Below, one piece after another: positions 36,062-44,566 of a DNA stretch of 49,774 bases; positions within the stretch are counted from its first letter, which is position 1, and the number at the start of each line of letters is the position of its first letter. This stretch comes from a virus (taxonomy: Duplodnaviria > Caudoviricetes): positions 1-49,774 of IMG/VR virus record IMGVR_UViG_3300024254_000002; one strand, given 5' to 3'. Position numbers and translations under genes: made by a program. The notes under the pieces are model-generated. The model searched no databases. It saw only the letters and a list, made by a program, of their open reading frames with translations, and was not told the DNA's origin.

Positions 36062-36612
36062 TCATGGCCTCCGACGTAGCAGATGATTTCAGGATGCTCA
36101 ATGACGGAGAGCATGTTAACACAACCCCGCATGAAGTGGAAGTCCGCTTCGTAAAGGTTCTGTGACATCCACTTGGGAAGGTCGGGGCGGTTAGGAACGA
36201 CGAGTTGTGGACCGCCAACCTGTGAGAAGGGGATGCTGGCCTTGGCGTCTTTGGTAGCGCCGCCATTGTACTTCATAGCAAACATGTGACAAGTCAGGTT
36301 GTCGGACGGGAGGGCGTGCAGAACGTCGTAGGCATCCTTGCCGGGGAGGTCGTCATCATCGAGGAAGACCAAGAGCTGGCCGGTGGCCTTGGCCATGCCG
36401 AGGTCTCGTTGAGCGTTGCCGTATATAGACTTACGGCTCTTGCAGGTCCAGTAAGTCACGCCCGCTGGAGTGGGCAGCCAGTGCGGAATAGTGTCTCCAT
36501 CGATGACCACGATGTGTTCGTCGCCCTCAGCCCGCATCGCCGAGACAGCGTCGATGGTCTGGTAGAGTGACACGCGCTCTAGAGTGGTGGGCGTGATGAT
36601 GGAGAGGGTCAT
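36058..36612 (-). CDS. Glycosyltransferase family 2 (GT-A)
   Basis: LSIITPT, VVIDG, GNAQRDLGMAKATG.LLVFLDDDD, YEADFHF. Confidence 0.88.
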   Translation of the reverse strand: MTLSIITPTTLERVSLYQTIDAVSAMRAEGDEHIVVIDGDTIPHWLPTPAGVTYWTCKSRKSIYGNAQRDLGMAKATGQLLVFLDDDDLPGKDAYDVLHALPSDNLTCHMFAMKYNGGATKDAKASIPFSQVGGPQLVVPNRPDLPKWMSQNLYEADFHFMRGCVNMLSVIEHPEIICYVGGHE

Positions 36613-36854
36613 TCTGATGTGGCGGTGTAGCGTTTGAGTCCACAACGTGGACAACCTAGAACGTGCTCTAGATAAGAATCAGGAACTGGTTTACCCGTTC
36701 TTGGGTCATAGCGATAGAGGGACTTACTTAGCCGATGCTGCTGGTGTTCAAGGAGCCCACCACAGTCATGGCAATACTTAGGAGTAAAGCCGAGGGGAGT
36801 GCCACCAGCTGCATTCCAGTAAGAGTACCAAGCTAGGTCATCTAGGTTAATCAT
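36609..36854 (-). CDS. Zinc-ribbon protein (81 aa)
   Basis: YCHDCGG...CPRCG; ATGA coupling. Confidence 0.6.
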   Translation of the reverse strand: MINLDDLAWYSYWNAAGGTPLGFTPKYCHDCGGLLEHQQHRLSKSLYRYDPRTGKPVPDSYLEHVLGCPRCGLKRYTATSE

Positions 36855-36967
36855 TTCTTGGGGACCTTGATGATGGGTTTGTGGCCGTAGGGGCAGTACC
36901 ACTTTCGGGAGCGTCCGTCGGCCGTGAAGGGTCCAACCATGGGCTTCTTACAGGTTGGGCATCTCAT
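36851..36967 (-). CDS. Tiny zinc-ribbon protein (38 aa, below ORF-track cutoff)
   Basis: MRCPTCKKPM..WYCPYGHKP; ATGA overlaps at both ends. Confidence 0.6.
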   Translation of the reverse strand: MRCPTCKKPMVGPFTADGRSRKWYCPYGHKPIIKVPKK

Positions 36968-37254
36968 AGGCCGGGACGGATGGAGTGGTTGGAGAGCACG
37001 TCGATGGCCTCACGCTCAGCCGTTAGCTCGATGGTGAGGGCTGAGATGCGCTCCATGAGGGGGACGGGGTCGATGGGCGGCTTGGTCTGGGCGAACCAGC
37101 CAGAGCCATGGCGCTCGCGGGAGTTCCAGTCGCGGACACGGGCCAGCTCAGCCTTCAGGTCGGAGAGGAGGGAGCGGCGGACGTTGTAGCGGCCAGCACG
37201 GTCCCATGCTTCTTTGCCGCCGGCTAGGGCGACGATGTAGTCTGGGTCAGTCAT
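36964..37254 (-). CDS. Hypothetical protein (96 aa)
   Basis: Coupled ORF in the operon. Confidence 0.65.
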   Translation of the reverse strand: MTDPDYIVALAGGKEAWDRAGRYNVRRSLLSDLKAELARVRDWNSRERHGSGWFAQTKPPIDPVPLMERISALTIELTAEREAIDVLSNHSIRPGL

Positions 37255-37499
37255 TAGGGGGTACCGAAGGGGTTATGTTTGGTGTGATAGGGTCTGCGTT
37301 GGTGAGGCCCTCTCTTCGCTCGAAGTAGTCGAGCCACTTCTGCCGCTCTTCGTTGATACGACCTAGCAGCACGGAGTCGTACGGCATCGCGGCAGGAGTA
37401 GTCGAGTCCGTCGAGCGACCTAGCGTTCTTGTAGAAGGCGCTGAGGGGCTCAAGGCGCTGGTGGGCGTTGCACCACTTGAGGACTTGGAGTTTCTCCAT
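37254..37499 (-). CDS. Small basic protein resembling the Zn-binding N-terminal module of HNH/EndoVII-type proteins, without a nuclease domain
   Basis: KWCNAH...PLSAFYKN..SLDGL.YSCR pattern. Confidence 0.55.
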   Translation of the reverse strand: MEKLQVLKWCNAHQRLEPLSAFYKNARSLDGLDYSCRDAVRLRAARSYQRRAAEVARLLRAKRGPHQRRPYHTKHNPFGTP

Positions 37500-37584
37500 T
37501 CAGTCAGTTCCAGCCATAGCCAGCGGGCAGCCAGCGGTATGAAGATGAGGTTACAGACCAAGCCGGTCCAAGTTGAGAGGGTCT

Positions 37585-37758
37585 CTACCATGGCGGCCTC
37601 TTGTGCTCGTCGCAGTACCAGTACTTGTTACTAACGAAGTTCAGGATACAGCCACACTTTCGATAAATTAGTTCTGGGCTGCCACCATATTGAAAGACTA
37701 TGTCCATGAGGCGGTCGAAGTGCTCTGGGGTGAACTGGGCCTCGTCAGATGGGTTCAT
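37585..37758 (-). CDS. Small hypothetical protein (57 aa, below cutoff)
   Basis: MNPSDEAQF..KCGC..WYCDEH. Confidence 0.5.
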   Translation of the reverse strand: MNPSDEAQFTPEHFDRLMDIVFQYGGSPELIYRKCGCILNFVSNKYWYCDEHKRPPW

Positions 37759-37895
37759 GGACGATGCACTTTCGGGAGACTGTGCAGCCGCAGTCTAGTT
37801 CCCACTGTGGGACTGCGTCGATGAAGGTGGGTGGAGTAGGTGGAGTATAGACCTCAACGAAGTCGTGTAGTTCTCTATCGTAGATGTCCCAGAAG

Positions 37896-38177
37896 CTAGA
37901 GCCAGCGGGAGATTGTGTTACGGATGGGTCGGGGGCGGGTCTCGGCGCGGTATCGTTTGGCCAAGTCGGAGGCCCAGATGAGTCGGTCTGGATGGGCAGG
38001 GTCCACCAGCTGCCAGTCGTCGGCGTGCTGGAAGAGGTCGGTGAGGGCATTGAAAGCCTCGATTTCGTTAGTGTCGTTACGCTTGTTCTCCGCCCCCAGT
38101 TGGCGGGTTCGGCAGCGGGAGCAGCGGCGCTGTTCCGCAATGAGGGGGTAGAACATCTGACCGCAGGGACAGGCCAT
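37896..38177 (-). CDS. Zinc-binding hypothetical protein (93 aa)
   Basis: MACPCGQMF...RRCSRC. Confidence 0.55.
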   Translation of the reverse strand: MACPCGQMFYPLIAEQRRCSRCRTRQLGAENKRNDTNEIEAFNALTDLFQHADDWQLVDPAHPDRLIWASDLAKRYRAETRPRPIRNTISRWL

Positions 38178-38700
38178 CAGACGTGAAGCGACCGAGCCTT
38201 GCTCGGTGGGCTCGGCGGAGTAGGCGATTGATGGCTGAGTGCGGGACCGAGGGACCGCTACCTTTGGCGATGTTGAGGCAGCAGGCGATGATTTGGCAGT
38301 TGCCCGGGACGTAGCCAATGGTCGGGTTGATGCGGTCGACGGAGAGGAGTTCACCGATTTTGCTGAGGAGGTGCTTGCTGAGACCGGTGATGGCGCACTG
38401 GGTCTTGGGGTCATGGCGCAGGGTCAGGAGGTACGCGTGGTAGAACGTGTCGTGCTGCAGGTGCGGAAGTTCGCGTTCGCGTTTTGCGGCCCTGCACCAC
38501 GGGCAGGCCTCGTTTCGCGGCCTCTGCGAGAAGCATCTGCTGCAACTGCGTGGGGGTCGGTCGTCCCGCCGCCTCTGACTCTTGAGGCGAATCTTCTCCC
38601 GGCACCGGTCGCACCACGGGGGCTTCGACGTCGGGCGTCTGCATCGCTGGCCCAGACGTAGTAGGCGGGAGCAGGTTGAATTCGAGTCGGAGCGTCGTGA
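38077..38700 (-). CDS. HNH-like (His-Me finger) endonuclease; 5' end uncertain
   Basis: CAITG...SVDRIN..GY..GNCQ.....N.AK within ORF 38077-39000; the upper boundary given is approximate. Confidence 0.7.
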   Translation of the reverse strand, partial: SRRSDSNSTCSRLLRLGQRCRRPTSKPPWCDRCREKIRLKSQRRRDDRPPRSCSRCFSQRPRNEACPWCRAAKRERELPHLQHDTFYHAYLLTLRHDPKTQCAITGLSKHLLSKIGELLSVDRINPTIGYVPGNCQIIACCLNIAKGSGPSVPHSAINRLLRRAHRARLGRFTSDGLSLRSDVLPPHCGTAPLLPLPNPPTGGGEQA

Positions 38701-39091
38701 TTTCATCACGAAGCGTTTGCTCATAGGCATCCATGACCACCTGCATGACAGTCTGGAGGTGGTCTGAGTTAAGGGCGAAGTAACGGCCATTGAGGTGCAC
38801 CCGCCCGTCGTCCAAGAGCAGCATGTTCCGCATTGGTTCAGCCGGAGGCGGGGCCGGCGAGGGCGGTGCTGCGACCTGTTCCGCGAGGGACGGAACCGGG
38901 GGGACGACTGGCTCCTCCGGAGGAGGGGGAGGAGGCCCGACGGGCATGGGCACGGGCGCACCATGGCCAGAGAACATGCCAAGTGAGATGGGGTCGTCAC
39001 CTGCTGACGGATTGACGGCCCGTGAAGGGCCCCAATCCCCGAACATGTGGCTGACGTGGACGGGGGTTCCTTCGCGTTCCCAACGTGGCAT
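38411..39091 (-). CDS. Pro-rich hypothetical protein (226 aa)
   Basis: Follows SSB; structured central region (LLLDDGRVHLNGRYF..VMDAYEQ). Confidence 0.65.
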   Translation of the reverse strand: MPRWEREGTPVHVSHMFGDWGPSRAVNPSAGDDPISLGMFSGHGAPVPMPVGPPPPPPEEPVVPPVPSLAEQVAAPPSPAPPPAEPMRNMLLLDDGRVHLNGRYFALNSDHLQTVMQVVMDAYEQTLRDEITTLRLEFNLLPPTTSGPAMQTPDVEAPVVRPVPGEDSPQESEAAGRPTPTQLQQMLLAEAAKRGLPVVQGRKTRTRTSAPAARHVLPRVPPDPAP

Positions 39092-39100
39092 GGTGGTCTG

Positions 39101-39649
39101 TTAACCTGTGGTTAGGGGCATGAAGCCGTCGATGGACACGCCAGTATCGCCGGTCTTGTTGTTCCGGTACTTGCGCATCACGGCGGCGATGGAGTGACCG
39201 ACGAGCGGCTTCTCGCCAGTGAAGAGTGCCTTGTAGCTGGCGACACCAGCCGAGAGGTCGATGCCCACCGAGCTGAGGAGACTGTTCACGGTGGCAAGCC
39301 GGCGCTTGTAGGGGCCGCTGACTCGGGTGTCGGTGCTGGCCAGAGCCGTCTTGTCAATGAAGGCGTACTCATAGTGGGTACGGCCGGCATTGGTCTTGGA
39401 CCCGCCGGCTTCCGGACCCTGAACGGAGAGGACGAGAACGAAGTTGAACTTGTTGTCGTTAGTCGGGTCGCCCTTCGTGTTCGCCATGTCGGTGTCGTGA
39501 ATCTTCACGACCTCCGTCCATGTGCCGAGGCCGGCTTCCTTGCCCTGATGGAAGCTGGGATTCTCCTCAAGGCTGGGCGCCGTCAGGTTACGGTCGGCCG
39601 CGTTGGAATACTCCTGAATGGTTTCGGGGCTAAGGGTGAGGTCTGACAT
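39101..39649 (-). CDS. Putative single-stranded DNA-binding protein (DUF669-like OB fold)
   Basis: Directly after the Sak4-like ATPase; GTWTEVVKI..LVG..IDGF pattern. Confidence 0.6.
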   Translation of the reverse strand: MSDLTLSPETIQEYSNAADRNLTAPSLEENPSFHQGKEAGLGTWTEVVKIHDTDMANTKGDPTNDNKFNFVLVLSVQGPEAGGSKTNAGRTHYEYAFIDKTALASTDTRVSGPYKRRLATVNSLLSSVGIDLSAGVASYKALFTGEKPLVGHSIAAVMRKYRNNKTGDTGVSIDGFMPLTTG

Positions 39650-40491
39650 TACTTGTCCTCTTGGATTGCACGGAGCCTGAGCCAGACGTTCGCCGGGTCT
39701 GAGTCCATGACAATTTCTGGTGCTGGGTTGGTCGGGTGATGCGTTCGGAGCTTGGCCTGCCAGATGCCGTGCCCATCGGTATACACCACCCTCTCATACT
39801 CGACGGGCTTAGTCAAGTCGGTCCGCTTCTTGGGCCGACGGACAGCGTGAAGAACAGTGTTATACCAGTTGACGGTGGTACGGACGCTAGCCTTGCCGAC
39901 GGTGGACGGACCGCCGATGGGCTCACCGGGCTGGCCGGCATCCGGCCGGACCTCCTGCTCATGGAAGAGCGTGATATGGTTTAGGCCTGTAGCCTGTTGC
40001 CGGCGGAGGAGCGCCCCAATCAGTGTGCCAGTGGCCAGATAGTCTCCCTGCATTGGCTGCTTCATGCCGTTGCCAAGGTCGATATGCCGGTCTGAGAACT
40101 TGCCACTGTTGGTAAGCTGGGAGTGCAGGAGTTGTGAGAAGACCGTCATCGTGTCCGTTATGACCGTGCCGAATCCTTCGGCGCGCCAATTGAATTGGTA
40201 GATGTCGTCCAGCTGGGCGAAGGCGTCCTTGCCAGCGTCCAGCGTGATGCGTTCCAAGTTGGGACGGTCTTCTCGAAGGATGGGACCAAGAGACTCAGTC
40301 TCCGGGTCAATGGCAACGTAGACGGCACGCTCGCCAAACTGCTCGGGCCATGCCCGGCAGCAGGCCGCGGACAGTCGGCTCTTTCCACCACCACCTCCTC
40401 CATACAAGCAGATGAGGGCAGGAGAAATGCTAGCGTCGGTCTGGGTGCCTAAGCGGTTCCAGCCCTTAGTGGCTCGGACGGTTGTTTCCAT
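39649..40491 (-). CDS. AAA_24 / Sak4-like recombination ATPase
   Basis: LYGGGGGGKS, IDPE, VITDTMT, DY, HE motifs. Confidence 0.8.
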   Translation of the reverse strand: METTVRATKGWNRLGTQTDASISPALICLYGGGGGGKSRLSAACCRAWPEQFGERAVYVAIDPETESLGPILREDRPNLERITLDAGKDAFAQLDDIYQFNWRAEGFGTVITDTMTVFSQLLHSQLTNSGKFSDRHIDLGNGMKQPMQGDYLATGTLIGALLRRQQATGLNHITLFHEQEVRPDAGQPGEPIGGPSTVGKASVRTTVNWYNTVLHAVRRPKKRTDLTKPVEYERVVYTDGHGIWQAKLRTHHPTNPAPEIVMDSDPANVWLRLRAIQEDK

Positions 40492-40508
40492 TATACAGTG
40501 GGCCTCAG

Positions 40509-40598
40509 TCAGCCTCTGAACGTCGAGGTAACAAGGGTGAGTAAAGCGAGTACACCTATAGCCAGCCAGAAGATGCGGGTATTCGAGAGAGTTTTCAT
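40509..40598 (-). CDS. 29-aa single-TM peptide (below cutoff)
   Basis: MKTLSNTRIFWLAIGVLALLTLVTSTFRG; AAAGG upstream. Confidence 0.45.
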   Translation of the reverse strand: MKTLSNTRIFWLAIGVLALLTLVTSTFRG

Positions 40599-40624
40599 GG
40601 GCCTTTATAGGAGCAGTGGGCGGA

Positions 40625-41605
40625 TTATCCGCCCCAGATTTGCTTCAGGACATTCTCAACACAGCTTGGGTCATCTAGTAGCAGGTCTGGCGTACAGTTC
40701 ATGGCACCAGTCATTAGTGCAGTGCCAGCCAGTTCCCTTGAAACGCCGAGTTCATGCAAGTTCTTTGCGGTGGAGTAGAGCCGCCTATGCCTGCTCTCAT
40801 CCACTGACTGTACACCAAACAGGACGAACTGTCTACTGGTAGTGTTCAGTTTGGGGACAAGGTCTTTTAAACTCTTGACGGCAGCAATAGGTGGTTTGGG
40901 TGGTCGGACCCGTGAGACGCCAGAGGCAGACGCAACTGAACGGATGGTCGACAGGGGCAGGGTTCCGTTGGGCTGGACGGGGTCGATGAACCGGGCGAGC
41001 AACCATGACTTGAAGTTCATCGTGCCCGGGCACCGAGCAATGCGTGACAGCTCAGCACAAGCCATATCACACTTGGCAAGGCGACGCAAGTCCGGATGCC
41101 CGTTAAAGACAGCCTCTGTCACCCCACGAATTAGGAAGTCCGCTTCATCCCTATCTTGTTGTGTGATAATGGGATAGGGGTCTAGGAAGAGCCAAGCCCA
41201 AAGACCACAGCCGCTATGAATCATGGTGTAGAAGCAGTCTTCTGCTGGCCTCTGGAAGACGTTGAAGAGGCTCAACCTCAGTGCATTCGCAACGGTGATG
41301 AAGTCAGGGCCGCGAGCGTTATGAGGAAGGTCAATGTCCAGACCAATACAGGTGAGGGCGGTGATGTCAGTTTTGGCCGGTTTGGCTCGGGCGGTTGGCC
41401 CGACTGGATTCAGGGAGACGTAGAAGTGCCAGCCACTCTGCTCTGTAGCCCGCCTAACCAGACCAGCTGCAGTATCAACGTGGCCGCCAGCAATGCCGGG
41501 ACCAGCGAGCGCCTTTGAGGTCCAATGGAGCTTGCCAAGTTTCGGCACGGAGAGCAATGCGAATGTACTATGAAGATTGGTTAGTTGCTCCGCGCCTAGA
41601 CTCAC
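40625..41605 (-). CDS. AEP-superfamily (RepB-like) primase
   Basis: YVSLNP, LDID, SGCG, RIARCPGTMN.K, C-terminal RH..LY helical domain; GTG 41605 with GGAG RBS. Confidence 0.8.
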   Translation of the reverse strand: MSLGAEQLTNLHSTFALLSVPKLGKLHWTSKALAGPGIAGGHVDTAAGLVRRATEQSGWHFYVSLNPVGPTARAKPAKTDITALTCIGLDIDLPHNARGPDFITVANALRLSLFNVFQRPAEDCFYTMIHSGCGLWAWLFLDPYPIITQQDRDEADFLIRGVTEAVFNGHPDLRRLAKCDMACAELSRIARCPGTMNFKSWLLARFIDPVQPNGTLPLSTIRSVASASGVSRVRPPKPPIAAVKSLKDLVPKLNTTSRQFVLFGVQSVDESRHRRLYSTAKNLHELGVSRELAGTALMTGAMNCTPDLLLDDPSCVENVLKQIWGG

Positions 41606-41982
41606 GGCTTCTCCTCCGGCGTAGCGGCGAGGGCGCGTTCCAAGCATTCCCTGTCCTCGCGCCACATATCTCGGGGCAACAGCGCCAGAAACGTTCGTGT
41701 AGCCTCTCTTAGCTTGGCTGCCTCGGCCTGCGCGGCGGCGAGAGCGAACACCAGCGAATGGACACCAGCGTGCAGCGTTGCCGGTCGAGGTGTGAACGAG
41801 TCCATCAGAAGGTCCAGCTCCCGCTGCGCTTCCGCGAGGGCGGCGAGGACGAGGCGGATATAGGCGCTGGCGAGCGGGGTGAGTTTCGCCATTTCGCGGC
41901 GGCCGTGTTCCCCGGGCGAATAGTTCTCAGGAAGCGCAAATGCGTCTAGGTAGGCGACCGCTTCCGCTAGCTCGCGGGTCAT
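41602..41982 (-). CDS. Hypothetical Ala-rich protein (126 aa)
   Basis: GAGG RBS; coupled to the primase start. Confidence 0.6.
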   Translation of the reverse strand: MTRELAEAVAYLDAFALPENYSPGEHGRREMAKLTPLASAYIRLVLAALAEAQRELDLLMDSFTPRPATLHAGVHSLVFALAAAQAEAAKLREATRTFLALLPRDMWREDRECLERALAATPEEKP

Positions 41983-42066
41983 AGTTTCCTCGCGTACTTG
42001 AGACGGGTGACTTGCTTGTGTTCAGTGAGGGATTCTATGACCAGCATTTCGATACGGATGAGCTGG

Positions 42067-43047
42067 TCAACGAGGGCGCTGATTAGGTCTGGTGCCGTTC
42101 TGTGCGCTGATGCTGCGAAGCAGCTCGGTAGCGTCGCTGAACGCAGCTGGGACCGTAGCGCGCGTAGTTGAGGGAGGGGTGTAACGAGGGAACTCTGGAT
42201 AGCGGTTGACAAGAGGGCTTGGCAGGCAGCTCTGGACGGAGGCCCGATTGTGGCAGTGCTCGTAGAGTGGGCAGGTACCGTGGATGCCTGTACAAGCCGT
42301 CCAGTTTCTGATGGGAGGATACCGGGTGCGGAGGATACCGGGCTCAGCTCCGTTGGAGTTGGTGTAGTAGATGAGCTGGATGATGAGTCGGTGGACGTCG
42401 TTGGCGATGAGGGTGTCTTCTTCTTCTGTCGCCGGGAGGTAGAAGAACTCGAAGACCGGGACATTGTTCTTCCTCTGTTCCTTGGTCAGGTAGGTTCGGA
42501 AGGTCAGGAGGACGGTTCCGAGTACGTTGTAGCCGTGACTGCGGAGGGCCCGACGATAGATGGCTTCGTGAGGGGAGAGCCTGACTCTCTCCAAGAAGGG
42601 GCCGAGTGGAACGCCCTTCCCCAACGTCTTGATTTGCCCTGAGTATACACCATTCTCCGCTTCGATGATGGCATCGAGGCGAGCATTCATGTAGAACTCG
42701 TAACCCTCTGTTGCCTCATGAGTTCTGAAGGGAACCTCCACGCCGATGACCTTGAAGGGCGGCGGGCAGAGGTTCATGTCTGCAGCCACGATGAGGGGTT
42801 CTACCTCATCACGGAGGTCAGCTGGAACAGTCTCATCGAGGAACTTGTGGTCTGGCTTCTGAGTCTTGAGGAGGTTCTCTACGTAAGTGTGGAGGGCGGA
42901 GCCTCGTCGCATGGGGCCGGTTGGTTCGACCCAGCGTTGAGAGGAGTAGCGAACGGCGCCCTTATAGTTGCAGTCGTAGTAGGGTAGGACATCTGAGACA
43001 GTGAATGTTGGCAGGTTGAGTGCAAGTGGGCTTATGGGTGGGGGCAT
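42067..43047 (-). CDS. PD-(D/E)xK nuclease family protein (Cas4/RecB-like)
   Basis: GSALH..E, VEVPF, RLDAI, QIKT; one N-terminal plus three C-terminal Cys (C..GTCPLYEHC). Confidence 0.8.
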   Translation of the reverse strand: MPPPISPLALNLPTFTVSDVLPYYDCNYKGAVRYSSQRWVEPTGPMRRGSALHTYVENLLKTQKPDHKFLDETVPADLRDEVEPLIVAADMNLCPPPFKVIGVEVPFRTHEATEGYEFYMNARLDAIIEAENGVYSGQIKTLGKGVPLGPFLERVRLSPHEAIYRRALRSHGYNVLGTVLLTFRTYLTKEQRKNNVPVFEFFYLPATEEEDTLIANDVHRLIIQLIYYTNSNGAEPGILRTRYPPIRNWTACTGIHGTCPLYEHCHNRASVQSCLPSPLVNRYPEFPRYTPPSTTRATVPAAFSDATELLRSISAQNGTRPNQRPR

Positions 43048-44060
43048 GCTGTCCAGACCTTTCCTTCTCGGGTGATGAGCCCCTTCGACTTGAGATATTG
43101 GAGTTGGTTATCCACATACTTGGAGCCCTGCTTAGGGAACATGACGATGATGGACTCTCGGTCGATGGGACCGCAGGTTCGGATGGTGCTTAAGACGGAG
43201 GGCTCGGGCGTCTGGGCTGGTGGAAGGAGGGAAGGGCCAGCCTCATCTACGAGGGACAGTTTCCTGCCGTCGCGCGCCCGAGCTAGTTCGTAGTGAAGGT
43301 CTTCTGTGAGGACTTCATCACCACGGATTTTCTTGATGTTGAAGGAGAAGGTCTTGTCTCGCAGGCGGCGAGCCGTGAAGTGGTGCTCGGCGGCTTGGAC
43401 AATGGTTCCAGCCCCTCGAAAGCCCGCTGGAAAGCCCTCCTTTGGCTTGCTGTTGTGGTGAATGAAGTAGATGGCAAGTCCAGCAGAATCACGCAGATAC
43501 TTAGCAGCACGAAGCACAGAACGAGCCATGAATGAGTTGTCATTCTCGTCTCCGGAGTGGGCGTAGAGCATGACGTCGATGAAGAAGGCGTCGATGTCCC
43601 AGTGGCGGGCCATATCTGCTATGAGATTGACGTGCTGCTCATTGTCGAAGAGGAAACCCAATGGCATGACGAAGGCGTGGGTGTCGTCGAAGGGACGCAG
43701 GCCTTCTAAGCCGTTGCCAGTGCGGAGCTTCCGGAGTTGCTGGCCGATGTCCCAGCGCGGGCTGTCGGCGGCGAGGTAGATGGAGGAGAAGGGCTTGATG
43801 GGAAGCTGGCCTAAGACGGGGATGCCGAACAGGCCGCTGAGCATCAGGCTCAGGCCGAGCCACGACTTGCAGCTGCCGGAGTCGGCCGAGAGGACGTGGA
43901 TGGCCTCTTGTTGGAGGAGGCCGGGGACCAGCCAGTCCGGGACTTTGTCAAGCATCGGTGTGGTCCATGGGACCAAGCCAAGGCCGGCCGCGACCGCTTG
44001 ACGAAGGGTGTGGTCACGGATGGAGAGGATTTCATGACGGTCTGTTGACAAAGTTGACAT
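43032..44060 (-). CDS. AAA_25 / RepA-like (SF4-related) helicase with C-terminal winged helix
   Basis: WLVPGLL, ADSGSCKS, FFID, IHHNSK, FRGAG. Confidence 0.85.
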   Translation of the reverse strand: MSTLSTDRHEILSIRDHTLRQAVAAGLGLVPWTTPMLDKVPDWLVPGLLQQEAIHVLSADSGSCKSWLGLSLMLSGLFGIPVLGQLPIKPFSSIYLAADSPRWDIGQQLRKLRTGNGLEGLRPFDDTHAFVMPLGFLFDNEQHVNLIADMARHWDIDAFFIDVMLYAHSGDENDNSFMARSVLRAAKYLRDSAGLAIYFIHHNSKPKEGFPAGFRGAGTIVQAAEHHFTARRLRDKTFSFNIKKIRGDEVLTEDLHYELARARDGRKLSLVDEAGPSLLPPAQTPEPSVLSTIRTCGPIDRESIIVMFPKQGSKYVDNQLQYLKSKGLITREGKVWTACPHP

Positions 44061-44070
44061 TCCTCTGTTG

Positions 44071-44109
44071 CTTACTTACTGAAACGCCTTAAGTAATTCA
44101 GTAAGTAAG
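44071..44109. repeat. AT-rich 13-bp inverted repeat upstream of the helicase (operator or origin candidate)
   Basis: CTTACTTACTGAA-13 nt-TTCAGTAAGTAAG. Confidence 0.6.
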
Positions 44110-44125
44110 TACAACTGAACACCCC

Positions 44126-44229
44126 CTAGGACCCCCGGGCCGGCGGGGCTGGCGCCCCACGTCTTGCCGGCCACCCTCTCTCAGGTCGGGTGGCCTCACG
44201 CCTTCCGGCCCTCCAAAGGCGGGTCCTAG
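44126..44229 (-). ncRNA. ~104-nt GC-rich multibranch RNA structure
   Basis: CTAGGACCC/GGGTCCTAG, GGGCCGG/CCGGCCC, GGCCACCC/GGGTGGCC, GGGGC/GCCCC helices. Confidence 0.55.
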
Positions 44230-44250
44230 TTCCTTGACATTTTTTGGACA

Positions 44251-44560
44251 GGAGACTGGGTAGTGCTTCCCTTCACCACACGGCTGACGCGACTGACCCA
44301 CAAGGGGAACAGTCCTCGGTACTCTACCTCCGTCGCCAGCCAGCAGAGTCAGGAAACTGCAGAGACCGAAGCCAAGAGAGCGATAGCTACAGACCACCTC
44401 GTAACAACTATCCCGACTAACCCCGTTACGGACTTGGCCCCGAAGGGTAATTACCGTTCTACAGGGTTAAAGCTCGTCAGGCTCCCTTTTCAGGGCTTCG
44501 TCGTAGGAAATGCTGCTACTCCGCTAGCAAGGGCGACATCTTCTGCTTTTCCCAGTCTCC
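44251..44560 (-). ncRNA. ~310-nt highly structured RNA of unknown class
   Basis: 10-bp closing stem GGAGACTGGG/CCCAGTCTCC; long-range CTGACG/CGTCAG and TTAACCCTGT/ACGGGGTTAG; GAAA and two UUCG tetraloops; no credible ORF. Confidence 0.65.
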
Positions 44561-44566
44561 TCTCCA

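Noticed and set aside
44251-44560. RNase P RNA, tmRNA or self-splicing intron call
   Set aside because: It lacks the GAGGAAAGUCC/CR-V motifs, tRNA-like ends with CCA, and group I P7 or group II domain V signatures.
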